Shown here piece after piece: positions 47,820-56,411 of a DNA stretch of 64,000 nt (its first letter is position 1; every line of letters begins with the position of its first letter). The DNA is from Bacilli bacterium (GTDB lineage Bacteria > Bacillota_I > Bacilli_A > RFN20 > CAG-826). Made by a program: the position numbers and the translations under genes. The notes under the pieces are model-generated. The model made no database searches and was not told the DNA's origin. It saw nothing but the letters and a program-made list of their open reading frames with translations. The stretch is from the NCBI GenBank assembly GCA_041654095.1, contig JBAZED010000003.1:4089-68088 (forward strand). The letters run 5' to 3'.

Positions 47820-48443
47820 TCACATGAGGCATTTTTTTATTTTCATTCCGAGCTCATCGTGGTAAAAATCATTGAGGCGCCGTCGCACGACTGTGACTTT
47901 AATATTTGTGATTTTCGCAATTTCATCCGCGGAATAACCGGCCGCTTTCAGCATGACAATTCTCTTTACCGACTCCTCGTAATTTGTGCGCGAGTCGCTT
48001 TCGATCAGACAAAACGCACCATTGACGTTGGCGTAGTTGCGGGCATCGATTTTTTGTCGATCATCAGCCAGCACATCATGAAAGGTCAAAGTTGACTCAG
48101 GGGTAACGGTTGAATCTAAGCTGAAGGAATTATTACGGGGGCTATTCGGATTTGAAAGCGTTCGATAGAAACCTGCCAAATCGCGATTTAAGACTTTGAG
48201 AAAATAGGTTTGGAAGAGATTGCCGTCAAACATATAGCGTTTGATGGCTTTGTGAAAAGACTCGAGAAAGATGGAGTAATAATCGTTCATATCCGCCCCG
48301 ATAAGACGCGATTGGTTGACATACTTTTTTAGAAGCGGAAGCGAGCACTGGTGCTTCCGATTGAGCAAGAGGCGATACGCCTCAAGACTATTTTGGCGAT
48401 AACATAAAATAAGCTGCTCATCACAAACTGTATCATTTGACAT
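47820..48443 (-). CDS. divergent sigma-70 family factor in the sigH position (SigH/ComX-like)
   Basis: 207 aa. Region-2-like YYSIFLESFHKAIKRYMFDGNLFQTYFLKVLNRDLAGFYR and region-4 HTH YSADEIAKITNIKVTVVRRRL. It sits between rlmB and rpmG, exactly where Bacillus sigH sits. Confidence 0.65.
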   Translation of the reverse strand: MSNDTVCDEQLILCYRQNSLEAYRLLLNRKHQCSLPLLKKYVNQSRLIGADMNDYYSIFLESFHKAIKRYMFDGNLFQTYFLKVLNRDLAGFYRTLSNPNSPRNNSFSLDSTVTPESTLTFHDVLADDRQKIDARNYANVNGAFCLIESDSRTNYEESVKRIVMLKAAGYSADEIAKITNIKVTVVRRRLNDFYHDELGMKIKKCLM

Positions 48444-48464
48444 ATTTCCTCCAATAGGAGAAAT

Positions 48465-49178
48465 CTATCGCAACGCGATAATGTTCGAGATTAAGATACC
48501 CGCGGCGACTGAGACATTGAGCGAATTTACATGTCCGCACATCGGTATTTTGATGATGTAATCACTTCGTTCAAGGAGGAGGCGGCTGACGCCTTCGCCT
48601 TCACTTCCCAGGATGAGGACGAGCGGCCTTCGATAGTCGACTTCCCGATAAGTCAGCTGAGCTGTGCCATCGCTGGCCACAACCCAAAAGCCGGCTTGTT
48701 TCAGTTTTTGAACGGCAGCGCTGAGATTGCTCACTTCGCTGACTTTTACATGATCAATTGCTCCGGTCGACACTTTTGCCACCGTCGCATTTAACGAGAC
48801 TTGATCATGCTTTTTGATGATTACGCCATCAACGCCAAAGGCATCGCATGTCCGCAAGATGGCACCGAGATTGTGAGGATCCTTTAGGGAATCTAAAATC
48901 ACGATGAGCGGATATTGCTTGTCTCGACACGAGGCGAGAATCTCTTCCAAGAGGTAGTAGCGGAAATCAAGGACTGAGGCAACGATACCCTGATGAACGC
49001 CTTTTTTTGAAAGCTCGTCAAGTTTTACTTGGCCGACCCTTTCAATTGAGATTTTCTTTGCATTAAGCTTTGAAAGCAGCTTTGCGTCGCTGAAACAATT
49101 GTCAAGGTAAACCTTCTCAACGCGATTCTCGCCGAGGGAACTTAATACTGGATTTCTCCCGTATATTAATTTTGACAT
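48465..49178 (-). CDS. rlmB: 23S rRNA (guanosine-2'-O-)-methyltransferase RlmB / TrmH-SpoU family
   Basis: N-terminal IYGRNPVLSSL, SpoU motifs DPHNLGAILRTCDAFG, LILGSEGEGVS, IPMCGHVNSLNVSVAAGI. Confidence 0.88.
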   Translation of the reverse strand: MSKLIYGRNPVLSSLGENRVEKVYLDNCFSDAKLLSKLNAKKISIERVGQVKLDELSKKGVHQGIVASVLDFRYYLLEEILASCRDKQYPLIVILDSLKDPHNLGAILRTCDAFGVDGVIIKKHDQVSLNATVAKVSTGAIDHVKVSEVSNLSAAVQKLKQAGFWVVASDGTAQLTYREVDYRRPLVLILGSEGEGVSRLLLERSDYIIKIPMCGHVNSLNVSVAAGILISNIIALR

Positions 49179-49213
49179 GTTTTAGCGATGGTTTTTCTCA
49201 AATTAAGTTAATA

Positions 49214-49963
49214 TTAACTTTCGGTCGAAAGTTTGATATCCAGCGGATTAATTTTTTCGCGGAGATCGTCGATAAAGGCTGTGACTTGGGACTTGGCGAC
49301 AAACGAGCAGCGCATCGTCAAGCGGAGAACCGATTGATTCTGATATTCGACGATTTGCGATTCAAGATCGCGAATAGCGATACCGTAATGATTGGCAACT
49401 AAGTGTATTTCTTTGAGAATCGGTCGGTCGCTCGGGACGACGATGCGGATGATCGGGTTGCGGCGGCTTGCCAATTTTTCAATCTTTCGGAGCGACACGA
49501 GTGAGACAAAGGCGAGAATGGTCGCGATGATAGCGATAATGAAGTTGCCGCTGCCCGTGGCGATGCCGATGGCCATGGCCAACCACAAGGTCGTCGCCGT
49601 CGTGAGACCTTTGACATCTGTTCCGGTTTGAATAATCGTGCCGGCACCTAAAAAGCCGATGCCGCTAACGACTTGGGCGGCGAGGCGAGCTGGATCGCGA
49701 TTGCTATTTTGAAAAATGACCGGGAATCCATATAGGGATATCATCATGATTAATGCCGAGCCAATGGCGACGAGAAGGTGGGTTCTCAAGCCGGCGGCAT
49801 GACCGTGATATTCGCGTTCAAAGCCGATGATTCCGGCGCATATAATCGTCACGAGCAGAGAGACAAAAACGAGAATGATCGTCCCCCAGCCGTTGCCTCC
49901 AAACAAGGAGTGAAACCAGCTGACAATTTGTTGATCAATAGTAAGAATGCTGTCATTTCCCAT
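49214..49963 (-). CDS. mgtC: MgtC/SapB family membrane protein
   Basis: The GIIGFEREYHGHAAGLRTHLLVAIGSAL signature, 4-5 TM segments, and a soluble C-terminal domain. Confidence 0.85.
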   Translation of the reverse strand: MGNDSILTIDQQIVSWFHSLFGGNGWGTIILVFVSLLVTIICAGIIGFEREYHGHAAGLRTHLLVAIGSALIMMISLYGFPVIFQNSNRDPARLAAQVVSGIGFLGAGTIIQTGTDVKGLTTATTLWLAMAIGIATGSGNFIIAIIATILAFVSLVSLRKIEKLASRRNPIIRIVVPSDRPILKEIHLVANHYGIAIRDLESQIVEYQNQSVLRLTMRCSFVAKSQVTAFIDDLREKINPLDIKLSTES

Positions 49964-49977
49964 ATCGTGCTTGCCTC

Positions 49978-51315
49978 CTAAATGATGTGTTTAGTCATGA
50001 GAATTTGGCGTAAACGGTCGCTTTCTGCAAAGTTTTTGTCGGATTTTAATCGCATATAACTGGCATATAATTCTTTGTCTTCAACGTTTAACAAAGGGTA
50101 GCTAACCTTGAGACCAAGGAGTTCAAGCATGGCGAGTGCCTCAATAAGAAGCTTTTTAATGAGGCGGTAATCAAGCGGCTTTTGGCGCAAAACACCATTG
50201 GCTTTCTTTATTATAGCAAATAACTCAGTTATTGCATTGGGGGTGTTTAAATCATTGGCCAGGTGAGAAAGAAACGGTTCAATATCCGGTTTTTCAAAAG
50301 GAATCAGCGAGATATCGGCCAGTTGCAAAACGACTGCTAATTGAGAGATCGCATTCTGGATTCTTCCATACTCGATCGCGGCCGCATCCATAACATCGGG
50401 GCTAAAGCTGAGAGGTGACCGATAATATGTTCCGAGCAAGACGAGACGAACGATGTTGCCATCATACTTTTTGATGGCGTCTTTAGCGAGGATGACATTG
50501 CCGATCGACTTGGACATTTTGTCTTCACCAAAAGTGATATAACCGTTGTGCATCCAGTATCGCGCAATCTTGTTGCCGTTATGGGCTTTGCTTTGGGCAA
50601 TCTCATTTTCATGATGCGGGAATTTAAGATCGAACCCACCACCGTGAATGTCGATTTGGCCATCTGGAAAAAGGGAATTGATCATCGCACAGCATTCCGT
50701 GTGCCAGCCCGGACGGCCTCGCGACCAGCGCGAATCCCAGCTAATGCCGATATCGGTTTTCTTCCACAAGACAAAATCGAGGGAAGATTCCTTTTTCGCA
50801 TTTTCTTCGACGCGCGCTCCGCTGATCAAATCGTCGATGTTGATTTTGCTCAATTCGCCGTAGTCGGATATCGACGAGACGCGAAAGAAGACATCTCCAT
50901 CGACGACATAAGCCGCTCCATTGGCGACGAGATCTTCGATGTAGCGGATGATTTCCGGAATATACTTAGTGACTCGAGGAGAAAAAGTCGGAGGGAGCGA
51001 ATTGACGGCAGCCGAAACCTTGTTGAATTCTCTGATGTAGCGAACCGCTAAAGCTGACTCGTCGGTATTTTCAGCCACCGCCCGGTTGATGATTTTATCA
51101 TCGACATCGGTGAAGTTGCTCACAAAGGTCACTTGATAAGATTCGTGGATGAAGAGGCGGCGCAAGACATCGAAGACGACGACAGGCCGCAGATTTCCGA
51201 TGTGTGGATCGTTATAAACCGTCGGTCCGCAGACGTAGATTGAAACCTTTCCAGGCCGCAACGGCACAAAGGTTTCCAATTGGTTAGTAAGGGAATTAAA
51301 AAGTTTGATTTCCAT
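49978..51315 (-). CDS. cysS: cysteine--tRNA ligase
   Basis: Class I HIGH (PHIGNLRP), KMSKS (KMSKSIGN), and zinc-ligand context WHTECCAM. Confidence 0.95.
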   Translation of the reverse strand: MEIKLFNSLTNQLETFVPLRPGKVSIYVCGPTVYNDPHIGNLRPVVVFDVLRRLFIHESYQVTFVSNFTDVDDKIINRAVAENTDESALAVRYIREFNKVSAAVNSLPPTFSPRVTKYIPEIIRYIEDLVANGAAYVVDGDVFFRVSSISDYGELSKINIDDLISGARVEENAKKESSLDFVLWKKTDIGISWDSRWSRGRPGWHTECCAMINSLFPDGQIDIHGGGFDLKFPHHENEIAQSKAHNGNKIARYWMHNGYITFGEDKMSKSIGNVILAKDAIKKYDGNIVRLVLLGTYYRSPLSFSPDVMDAAAIEYGRIQNAISQLAVVLQLADISLIPFEKPDIEPFLSHLANDLNTPNAITELFAIIKKANGVLRQKPLDYRLIKKLLIEALAMLELLGLKVSYPLLNVEDKELYASYMRLKSDKNFAESDRLRQILMTKHII

Positions 51316-51393
51316 GGTTTTACTCTAATAATAAATTATAGCACAAACAAAAATATCTTTTGTTTATGGTTGGCGATTATACTAACACTTGCT

Positions 51394-52050
51394 TTAAGCA
51401 AAAACAATCCTTTTCAAATCGGAAATGCTATTGACAACAAAAGTTGCTTTCTTTAGAAGTTCATTTTGATAATCGCCATATCCCCAAGTCACCAAGCAGA
51501 CATCGAGTCCGGAATTCAATCCGGTGAGAACATCAACTTCGCTGTCGCCGACAAAAAGAGCATCAGAACTAGAAATATTGCAGCCGCTCAACAAGCGATT
51601 GACGAGATAGGGATCAGGTTTTTCGGGACGGCCTTCTTCGTGACCGTAGACGGCATCAAAGATATCCCCATCAAAAAAACGCGCGACGATCTCTTTAGCC
51701 AGATGATTCGGCTTGTTGCTTGCGACAAATAGTCTGAGACCTTGCTTTTTAAAATCGGTCAAGAGCGAAATGATTCCGTCGTAAGGGTGGGTTTTTTGGC
51801 CTTGAAAGATTTCATAGTTCTTCGAAAAAGCTTCGAGGAGATGATCGAATTCTTCCTCGGTGTGAGGATGGTTTTTCAAGGCGCGAGCGATGATGTTCCG
51901 GGCCCCCATCCCGATTAATTTCTTAGTGCCTCCCTCGTCATAAGAAAAATCATAACCACATGTCTTTAATGACAAATTGAGGGCTGTGGTGATGTCGCTG
52001 ATGGTGTGGAGGATGGTGCCATCAAGATCAAAGAGAATTGCTTTGTACAT
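51394..52050 (-). CDS. HAD-superfamily phosphatase (phosphoglycolate phosphatase/Gph-like)
   Basis: The start is set at the ATG at 52048-52050 (MYKAILFDLDGTI). Also ASNK and GDSEVD. The upstream 69 codons in the track overlap the hydA 3' end and are low-complexity. Confidence 0.8.
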   Translation of the reverse strand: MYKAILFDLDGTILHTISDITTALNLSLKTCGYDFSYDEGGTKKLIGMGARNIIARALKNHPHTEEEFDHLLEAFSKNYEIFQGQKTHPYDGIISLLTDFKKQGLRLFVASNKPNHLAKEIVARFFDGDIFDAVYGHEEGRPEKPDPYLVNRLLSGCNISSSDALFVGDSEVDVLTGLNSGLDVCLVTWGYGDYQNELLKKATFVVNSISDLKRIVFA

Positions 52051-52108
52051 ATTGTTTATTAATAAAAGGAGCCAATATTTTGATTTTTGGCCCCGATTTG
52101 CATTATTT

Positions 52109-53887
52109 TTACTTTGTTGGGAAACGAACACGATCGGCGACGTAACTCGTGTGGAGGAGTTCGTGGGCTTTGTGACCGCAAGGTTCGCCGAGGAAATTTT
52201 TATAGAGGCGAAGGATGTCTTTATTGTTATGCGATTGGCGAACGACTTGCTTTTCATCTTCGCTATAGAGAACGCTCGCCCGTTTCTTCATATAAGTCTC
52301 GAGGATGTCATCGTCTTCATTCGGTAAGAAAACCGGTTTGACGAATGGTTGTCCGCCGCCGTTGATACAGCCGCCTGGACAACCCATGATCTCGATGAAA
52401 TGATACGGGGAAGTCCCATTGCGAATTTGATCGAGGAGTGGCTTGGCATTTTTCATACCATGACTGACGGCCACGCGCACTTTCAAACCATTGATATCTA
52501 CTTCGGCCTCTTTGATATTCTCAAGTCCGCGGACGTCTTTGAACGCGACGATATCAGCTTCTTTGCCGGTCAACTCGTGATAGGCGGTTCTAAGAGCCGC
52601 TTCCATGACACCACCGGTCACGCCAAAGATCACGCCGGCACCGCTGTATTCGCCGATTAAATCATCATCGAACCCTTCATCCGGGAGTTTGTCCCAAACA
52701 ATCCCGGCTCTCTTAATCAACTTCGCAAGTTCGCGAGTCGTGAGAACGGCGTCAACATCCGGAAGGTTATCGACGGCCGCATTCTGAGGACGCGTCTTTT
52801 CATACTTTTTAGCGGTGCACGGCATAATTGAGACGACAAATATGTCTTTGGGATCTAAGTTATGGGTCTGAGCAAAGTATGATTTGATGATGGCACCGCC
52901 CATTTCATGAGGTGATTTGCATGTCGAAATATGCGGGATAATGTCGGGATAGAAGTATTCCATGTAATTGATCCAACCCGGTGAACAGGAGGTGATTTGC
53001 GGCAAGATTCCGCCGTTTTTAATCCTCAAGAGAAGCTCATTGGCTTCTTCGATAATCGTCAAGTCGGCCGAGAAGTTGACGTCAAAGACGCGGTAGAAAC
53101 CGAGGCGGTGCAAAGCCGCAACCATTTTGCCGGTGCCGGGAGTGCCGATCTTTTCGCCGAATTCTTCAGCGATAGCCGCACGCACGGCCGGAGCGGTTTG
53201 AACGATGACATATTTATGGTTCATAAAAGCTTTATCGACAGCGTTGATTTCGCTATTTTCGGATAGAGCACCCGTCGGACAGACGTTGATGCACTGGCCG
53301 CACTGCATGCAAGGCGAATGCATAAAACTGCGATTGTCAGCGGGAGCGACGATCGTTTTAAAGCCGCGGAATTCTTGACCGAGAATGCCGATGCCCTGGG
53401 CTTCTTTGCAGCGGACGACACAGCGACCGCATAGGATGCACTTCGAGGTGTCGCGGACGATACCAGGAGCGAGGCGATCGAGCGTCGTTCTCGTCAACTC
53501 GCCTTTGTATGCGTCATCACGCGCTCCGGTTAACGTAGCGACATGAAGCAATTCGCATTGACCGTTTTTAGAGCACTGCTGACAGTTTTTGCTGTGATTG
53601 CTGAGCAGTAATTCGACCGATGAGCGGCGTGCTTTTGTCGCACGTGGGGAAGAGATGCTAATTTCCATCCCTTCACTGACCGGATATGCGCAGGAAGCGA
53701 CGAGACCTCGCGCACCTTTAACCTCGACAAGACAAACACGGCAGCTCGCTAGTGAGCATTTGCCATCGTTGAAAGCGCAGAGGGACGGGATATTAAAACC
53801 GCATTTTTTGGCAGCTTTTAAAATCATCAAGCCGTCTTCAACTTGAAAGGGTTTGCCCTCAATTTTAATATTTACTAATTTTGCCAT
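52109..53887 (-). CDS. hydA: [FeFe] hydrogenase catalytic subunit HydA (multi-cluster, NuoG-like N-terminus)
   Basis: The start is set at the ATG at 53885-53887 (MAKLVNIKIEGKPF) with an AGGAGA RBS. N-terminal 2Fe-2S and 4Fe-4S Cys motifs. H-cluster L2 MPCTAKKYE and L3 EIMGCPGGCINGGGQP are canonical. L1 reads TSCSPGW rather than TSCCPxW. Confidence 0.9.
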   Translation of the reverse strand: MAKLVNIKIEGKPFQVEDGLMILKAAKKCGFNIPSLCAFNDGKCSLASCRVCLVEVKGARGLVASCAYPVSEGMEISISSPRATKARRSSVELLLSNHSKNCQQCSKNGQCELLHVATLTGARDDAYKGELTRTTLDRLAPGIVRDTSKCILCGRCVVRCKEAQGIGILGQEFRGFKTIVAPADNRSFMHSPCMQCGQCINVCPTGALSENSEINAVDKAFMNHKYVIVQTAPAVRAAIAEEFGEKIGTPGTGKMVAALHRLGFYRVFDVNFSADLTIIEEANELLLRIKNGGILPQITSCSPGWINYMEYFYPDIIPHISTCKSPHEMGGAIIKSYFAQTHNLDPKDIFVVSIMPCTAKKYEKTRPQNAAVDNLPDVDAVLTTRELAKLIKRAGIVWDKLPDEGFDDDLIGEYSGAGVIFGVTGGVMEAALRTAYHELTGKEADIVAFKDVRGLENIKEAEVDINGLKVRVAVSHGMKNAKPLLDQIRNGTSPYHFIEIMGCPGGCINGGGQPFVKPVFLPNEDDDILETYMKKRASVLYSEDEKQVVRQSHNNKDILRLYKNFLGEPCGHKAHELLHTSYVADRVRFPTK

Positions 53888-53901
53888 GAATAATTCTCCT
53901 T

Positions 53902-55773
53902 CTAGCGTTTGATGATGGAACCAAATGGACATACGGAATAACACATGCCGCATTTAATGCATTTTAGAGGATCGATTAGATAAGGAGTCTTGCCAAGTTC
54001 ACCGCTGATGCAGCCGACTGGGCAGACGCGAGCGCACTTGCCACATTTCTTGCACTTTTCGGGGACGATATAGTATTCCATCAATTTCTTGCAGACATGA
54101 GCTGGACATTTTTTGTCGACGACGTGCGCGATATATTCATCGCGGAAGTTTGCCATCGTCGATAAGACGGGGTTAGCCGCCGTCTGGCCCAGACCGCAGA
54201 GGGAATTTTCTTTGACGGCATTCGCCAATTCCGTCAGATCGTCAAGGTCTTCTAATGAGGCGCGGCCTTCGGTAATCTTTTGGAGGTATTCAAGCATACG
54301 CTTGGTTCCAATCCGACACGGTGTGCATTTGCCGCATGATTCATCGCATATGAATTCCATGTAGAACTTCGCGACGTCGACCATGCAGTTATCTTCGTCC
54401 ATGACGATAGCGCCGCCCGAGCCCATCATCGAACCGCGAGCGATCAATGTGTCATAATCGATTGGAGTGTCCAAATCTTTTTCGGTCAAGCATCCGCCGG
54501 AAGGACCGCCGGTCTGAATGGCTTTGAATTTCTTGCCGTGCGGAATGCCGCCGCCGATTTCGTAAATCAGCTCGCGGAGCGTCGTTCCCATCGGAACTTC
54601 GACTAATCCGACATTATTGACTTTTCCGCCGAGGGCAAAGACCTTTGTGCCTTTTGATTTTTCGGTTCCGAGTTTCAAGAAATCATCGGCACCATTGCGA
54701 ATAATATAAGGGACGTTGGCCAAGGTCTCGACGTTGTTGACGATCGTCGGCTTCTGCCATAAACCTTTGACGGCTGGAAACGGCGGCCGGGGACGAGGCT
54801 GTCCGCGCTGCCCTTCGATGGAGTTCAGTAAAGCTGTCTCTTCACCGCAGACAAAAGCACCAGCGCCTAAGCGCACATCGACGCGGAAATTAAACCCGCT
54901 GCCGAGAATATTATCGCCAAGGAGTCCAACTTCTTCGAGTAAGGCGATAGCCTTTCTCAGCCTCGAAACAGCGAGGGGGTATTCCGCGCGGACATAGAAA
55001 TATCCGGACGAGGCCTGAATCGCATAACCGGCGATCATCATCCCTTCGATGACGGCAAAAGAATTGCCTTCGAGAATCGAGCGGTCCATAAAAGCGCCGG
55101 GATCGCCCTCATCGCCATTGCAAACCACGTACTTAATATCGGATTTCTGATCGAGGGCAAACTGCCATTTACGGCCGGTCGGAAAACCGCCGCCACCCCG
55201 ACCTCGGAGTCCGGATTTGAGAATTTCGTTGATGACATCTTGACTCTTCATCGTCGCAAGGACTTTGGAAAGAGCTCTAAATGAACCATAGCCTAATGCT
55301 TCGTCGATGTTTTCGGGATTGATAATGCCACTTCCATAGAGAGCGATTTTCGTTTGTTTTCTAAAGAAATCGATATCCTTTTCGGTGCGAGCCGGTTGGT
55401 TGGTCTTAGAATCGACGTAAATCAAATCCTCGACGAGCCGACCACCGATGACGTCGTCTTCGATGATGCGTTCGACATCTTCGGGCTTGACCATCCGATA
55501 GAGCGTTTCGCCAGGGTAGACGCGAACAAACGGACCTTGTGAACAAAAGCCAAAACAGCCGACCGAGTCGACTGAGACTTTGTCTTCGAGACCTCTTTCT
55601 TTAATTTTTGATTTGAGGAGTTCGATGATGTCGACGGCGCCGGTGGAAATGCAACCTAAACCCCCGCACACAAGCAAAGCTTTGGTGCCGGTTTCACCGC
55701 TAAATTTTTGAGCTAAGCACTTTTCGCAAGAGCGAATTTTATTGGCTAGTTCTTGAGGAGTGTTAATTTTCAT
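53902..55773 (-). CDS. hydB: NADH-binding flavoprotein subunit HydB (NuoF-like)
   Basis: 623 aa. N-terminal thioredoxin-like 2Fe-2S, GLRGRGGGGFPTGRKW (FMN/NADH site), ESCGKCTPCR, and two C-terminal ferredoxin motifs CxxCxxCxxxCP. Confidence 0.9.
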   Translation of the reverse strand: MKINTPQELANKIRSCEKCLAQKFSGETGTKALLVCGGLGCISTGAVDIIELLKSKIKERGLEDKVSVDSVGCFGFCSQGPFVRVYPGETLYRMVKPEDVERIIEDDVIGGRLVEDLIYVDSKTNQPARTEKDIDFFRKQTKIALYGSGIINPENIDEALGYGSFRALSKVLATMKSQDVINEILKSGLRGRGGGGFPTGRKWQFALDQKSDIKYVVCNGDEGDPGAFMDRSILEGNSFAVIEGMMIAGYAIQASSGYFYVRAEYPLAVSRLRKAIALLEEVGLLGDNILGSGFNFRVDVRLGAGAFVCGEETALLNSIEGQRGQPRPRPPFPAVKGLWQKPTIVNNVETLANVPYIIRNGADDFLKLGTEKSKGTKVFALGGKVNNVGLVEVPMGTTLRELIYEIGGGIPHGKKFKAIQTGGPSGGCLTEKDLDTPIDYDTLIARGSMMGSGGAIVMDEDNCMVDVAKFYMEFICDESCGKCTPCRIGTKRMLEYLQKITEGRASLEDLDDLTELANAVKENSLCGLGQTAANPVLSTMANFRDEYIAHVVDKKCPAHVCKKLMEYYIVPEKCKKCGKCARVCPVGCISGELGKTPYLIDPLKCIKCGMCYSVCPFGSIIKR

Positions 55774-56255
55774 TAGTTGGCTTCTCCTTCGTATTCTTTG
55801 ATTATCTTTTCGACGCGGTCCACAGTTAATTTAGCGTAGACTTTGCCATTAATCGTGACCGCTGGAGCGATAGCGCATGCGCCGATGCAGCGCAAGGCGT
55901 CGACGGTAAAACGCCCATCCGGAGTCGTCTCGCCTGGCTTGATTTTCAAAAGCTCGCAAAACTTATCGATGATGTTCTGGCTGCCTTTGACGTAGCATGC
56001 GGTTCCAAGGCAGACGCCGATGATGTATTTGCCTTTGGGTTTAAGCGAGAAAAACGAATAAAAAGTAACGACTCCATAAATCTCGGCGACCGGGATGTTC
56101 ATCTCTTCCGAAATTATCTCCTGGATTTCGAGAGGAATGTATCCAAATTCTTGTTGAATTTGTGACAAGACAACGAGTAAGGGGGTCGGCTCATGTTGAT
56201 GAGAGGCGACAATCTCCTTAATCCTTTTCTTGGCATGTTCTTGAATGGCTGCCAT
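55773..56255 (-). CDS. hydC: 2Fe-2S subunit HydC (NuoE-like)
   Basis: 160 aa. NuoE pattern GVCLGTACYVKG...LRCIGACAIAP. The stop overlaps the hydB start (TAATG). Confidence 0.88.
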   Translation of the reverse strand: MAAIQEHAKKRIKEIVASHQHEPTPLLVVLSQIQQEFGYIPLEIQEIISEEMNIPVAEIYGVVTFYSFFSLKPKGKYIIGVCLGTACYVKGSQNIIDKFCELLKIKPGETTPDGRFTVDALRCIGACAIAPAVTINGKVYAKLTVDRVEKIIKEYEGEAN

Positions 56256-56303
56256 TTTCTATCCTCCGAATGTCATAAAATGACGCATAAATGCACCTTT
56301 ACT

Positions 56304-56332
56304 ATAATAGGAAAGTATCTTATATTTTTCAA
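56304..56332 (-). promoter_or_regulatory. sigma70-type promoter of hydCBA
   Basis: Minus strand TTGAAA (56327-56332), 17-nt spacer, TATTAT (56304-56309). It lies about 40 nt upstream of the GGAGG RBS of hydC. Confidence 0.6.
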
Positions 56333-56375
56333 TATAAACTTTGGGTAAATGGACTTGTATGGGCTTACATAACGA

Positions 56376-56404
56376 GATCGAAAAAGGAGTGTCGCCACCC
56401 CTTT
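56376..56404 (-). terminator. rho-independent terminator after preA
   Basis: Minus strand AAAGGGGTG-gcga-CACTCCTTT followed by TTCGATC. The G-U pair forms only on the minus-strand RNA. It lies 8 nt after the preA stop. Confidence 0.65.
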
Positions 56405-56411
56405 GTCATTC

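Noticed and set aside
51316-51393. Possible T-box riboswitch upstream of cysS
   Set aside because: Only 78 nt are available, whereas T-box leaders need roughly 200 nt or more. No specifier or T-box sequence is visible. Only an AT-rich hairpin and a TGCTATAAT -10 box are present.
51394-52257. Long N-terminal extensions given by the ORF track for the HAD phosphatase. The same applies to hydA 52109-53953, rplK 43924-44415, the P1B ATPase 44584-46779, trxB, both M6 paralogs 2 and 3, SBP A and the permease at 19147-20193
   Set aside because: Downstream start codons with proper RBS reproduce the canonical family N-termini and remove implausible gene overlaps. The extensions have no homology-like features.
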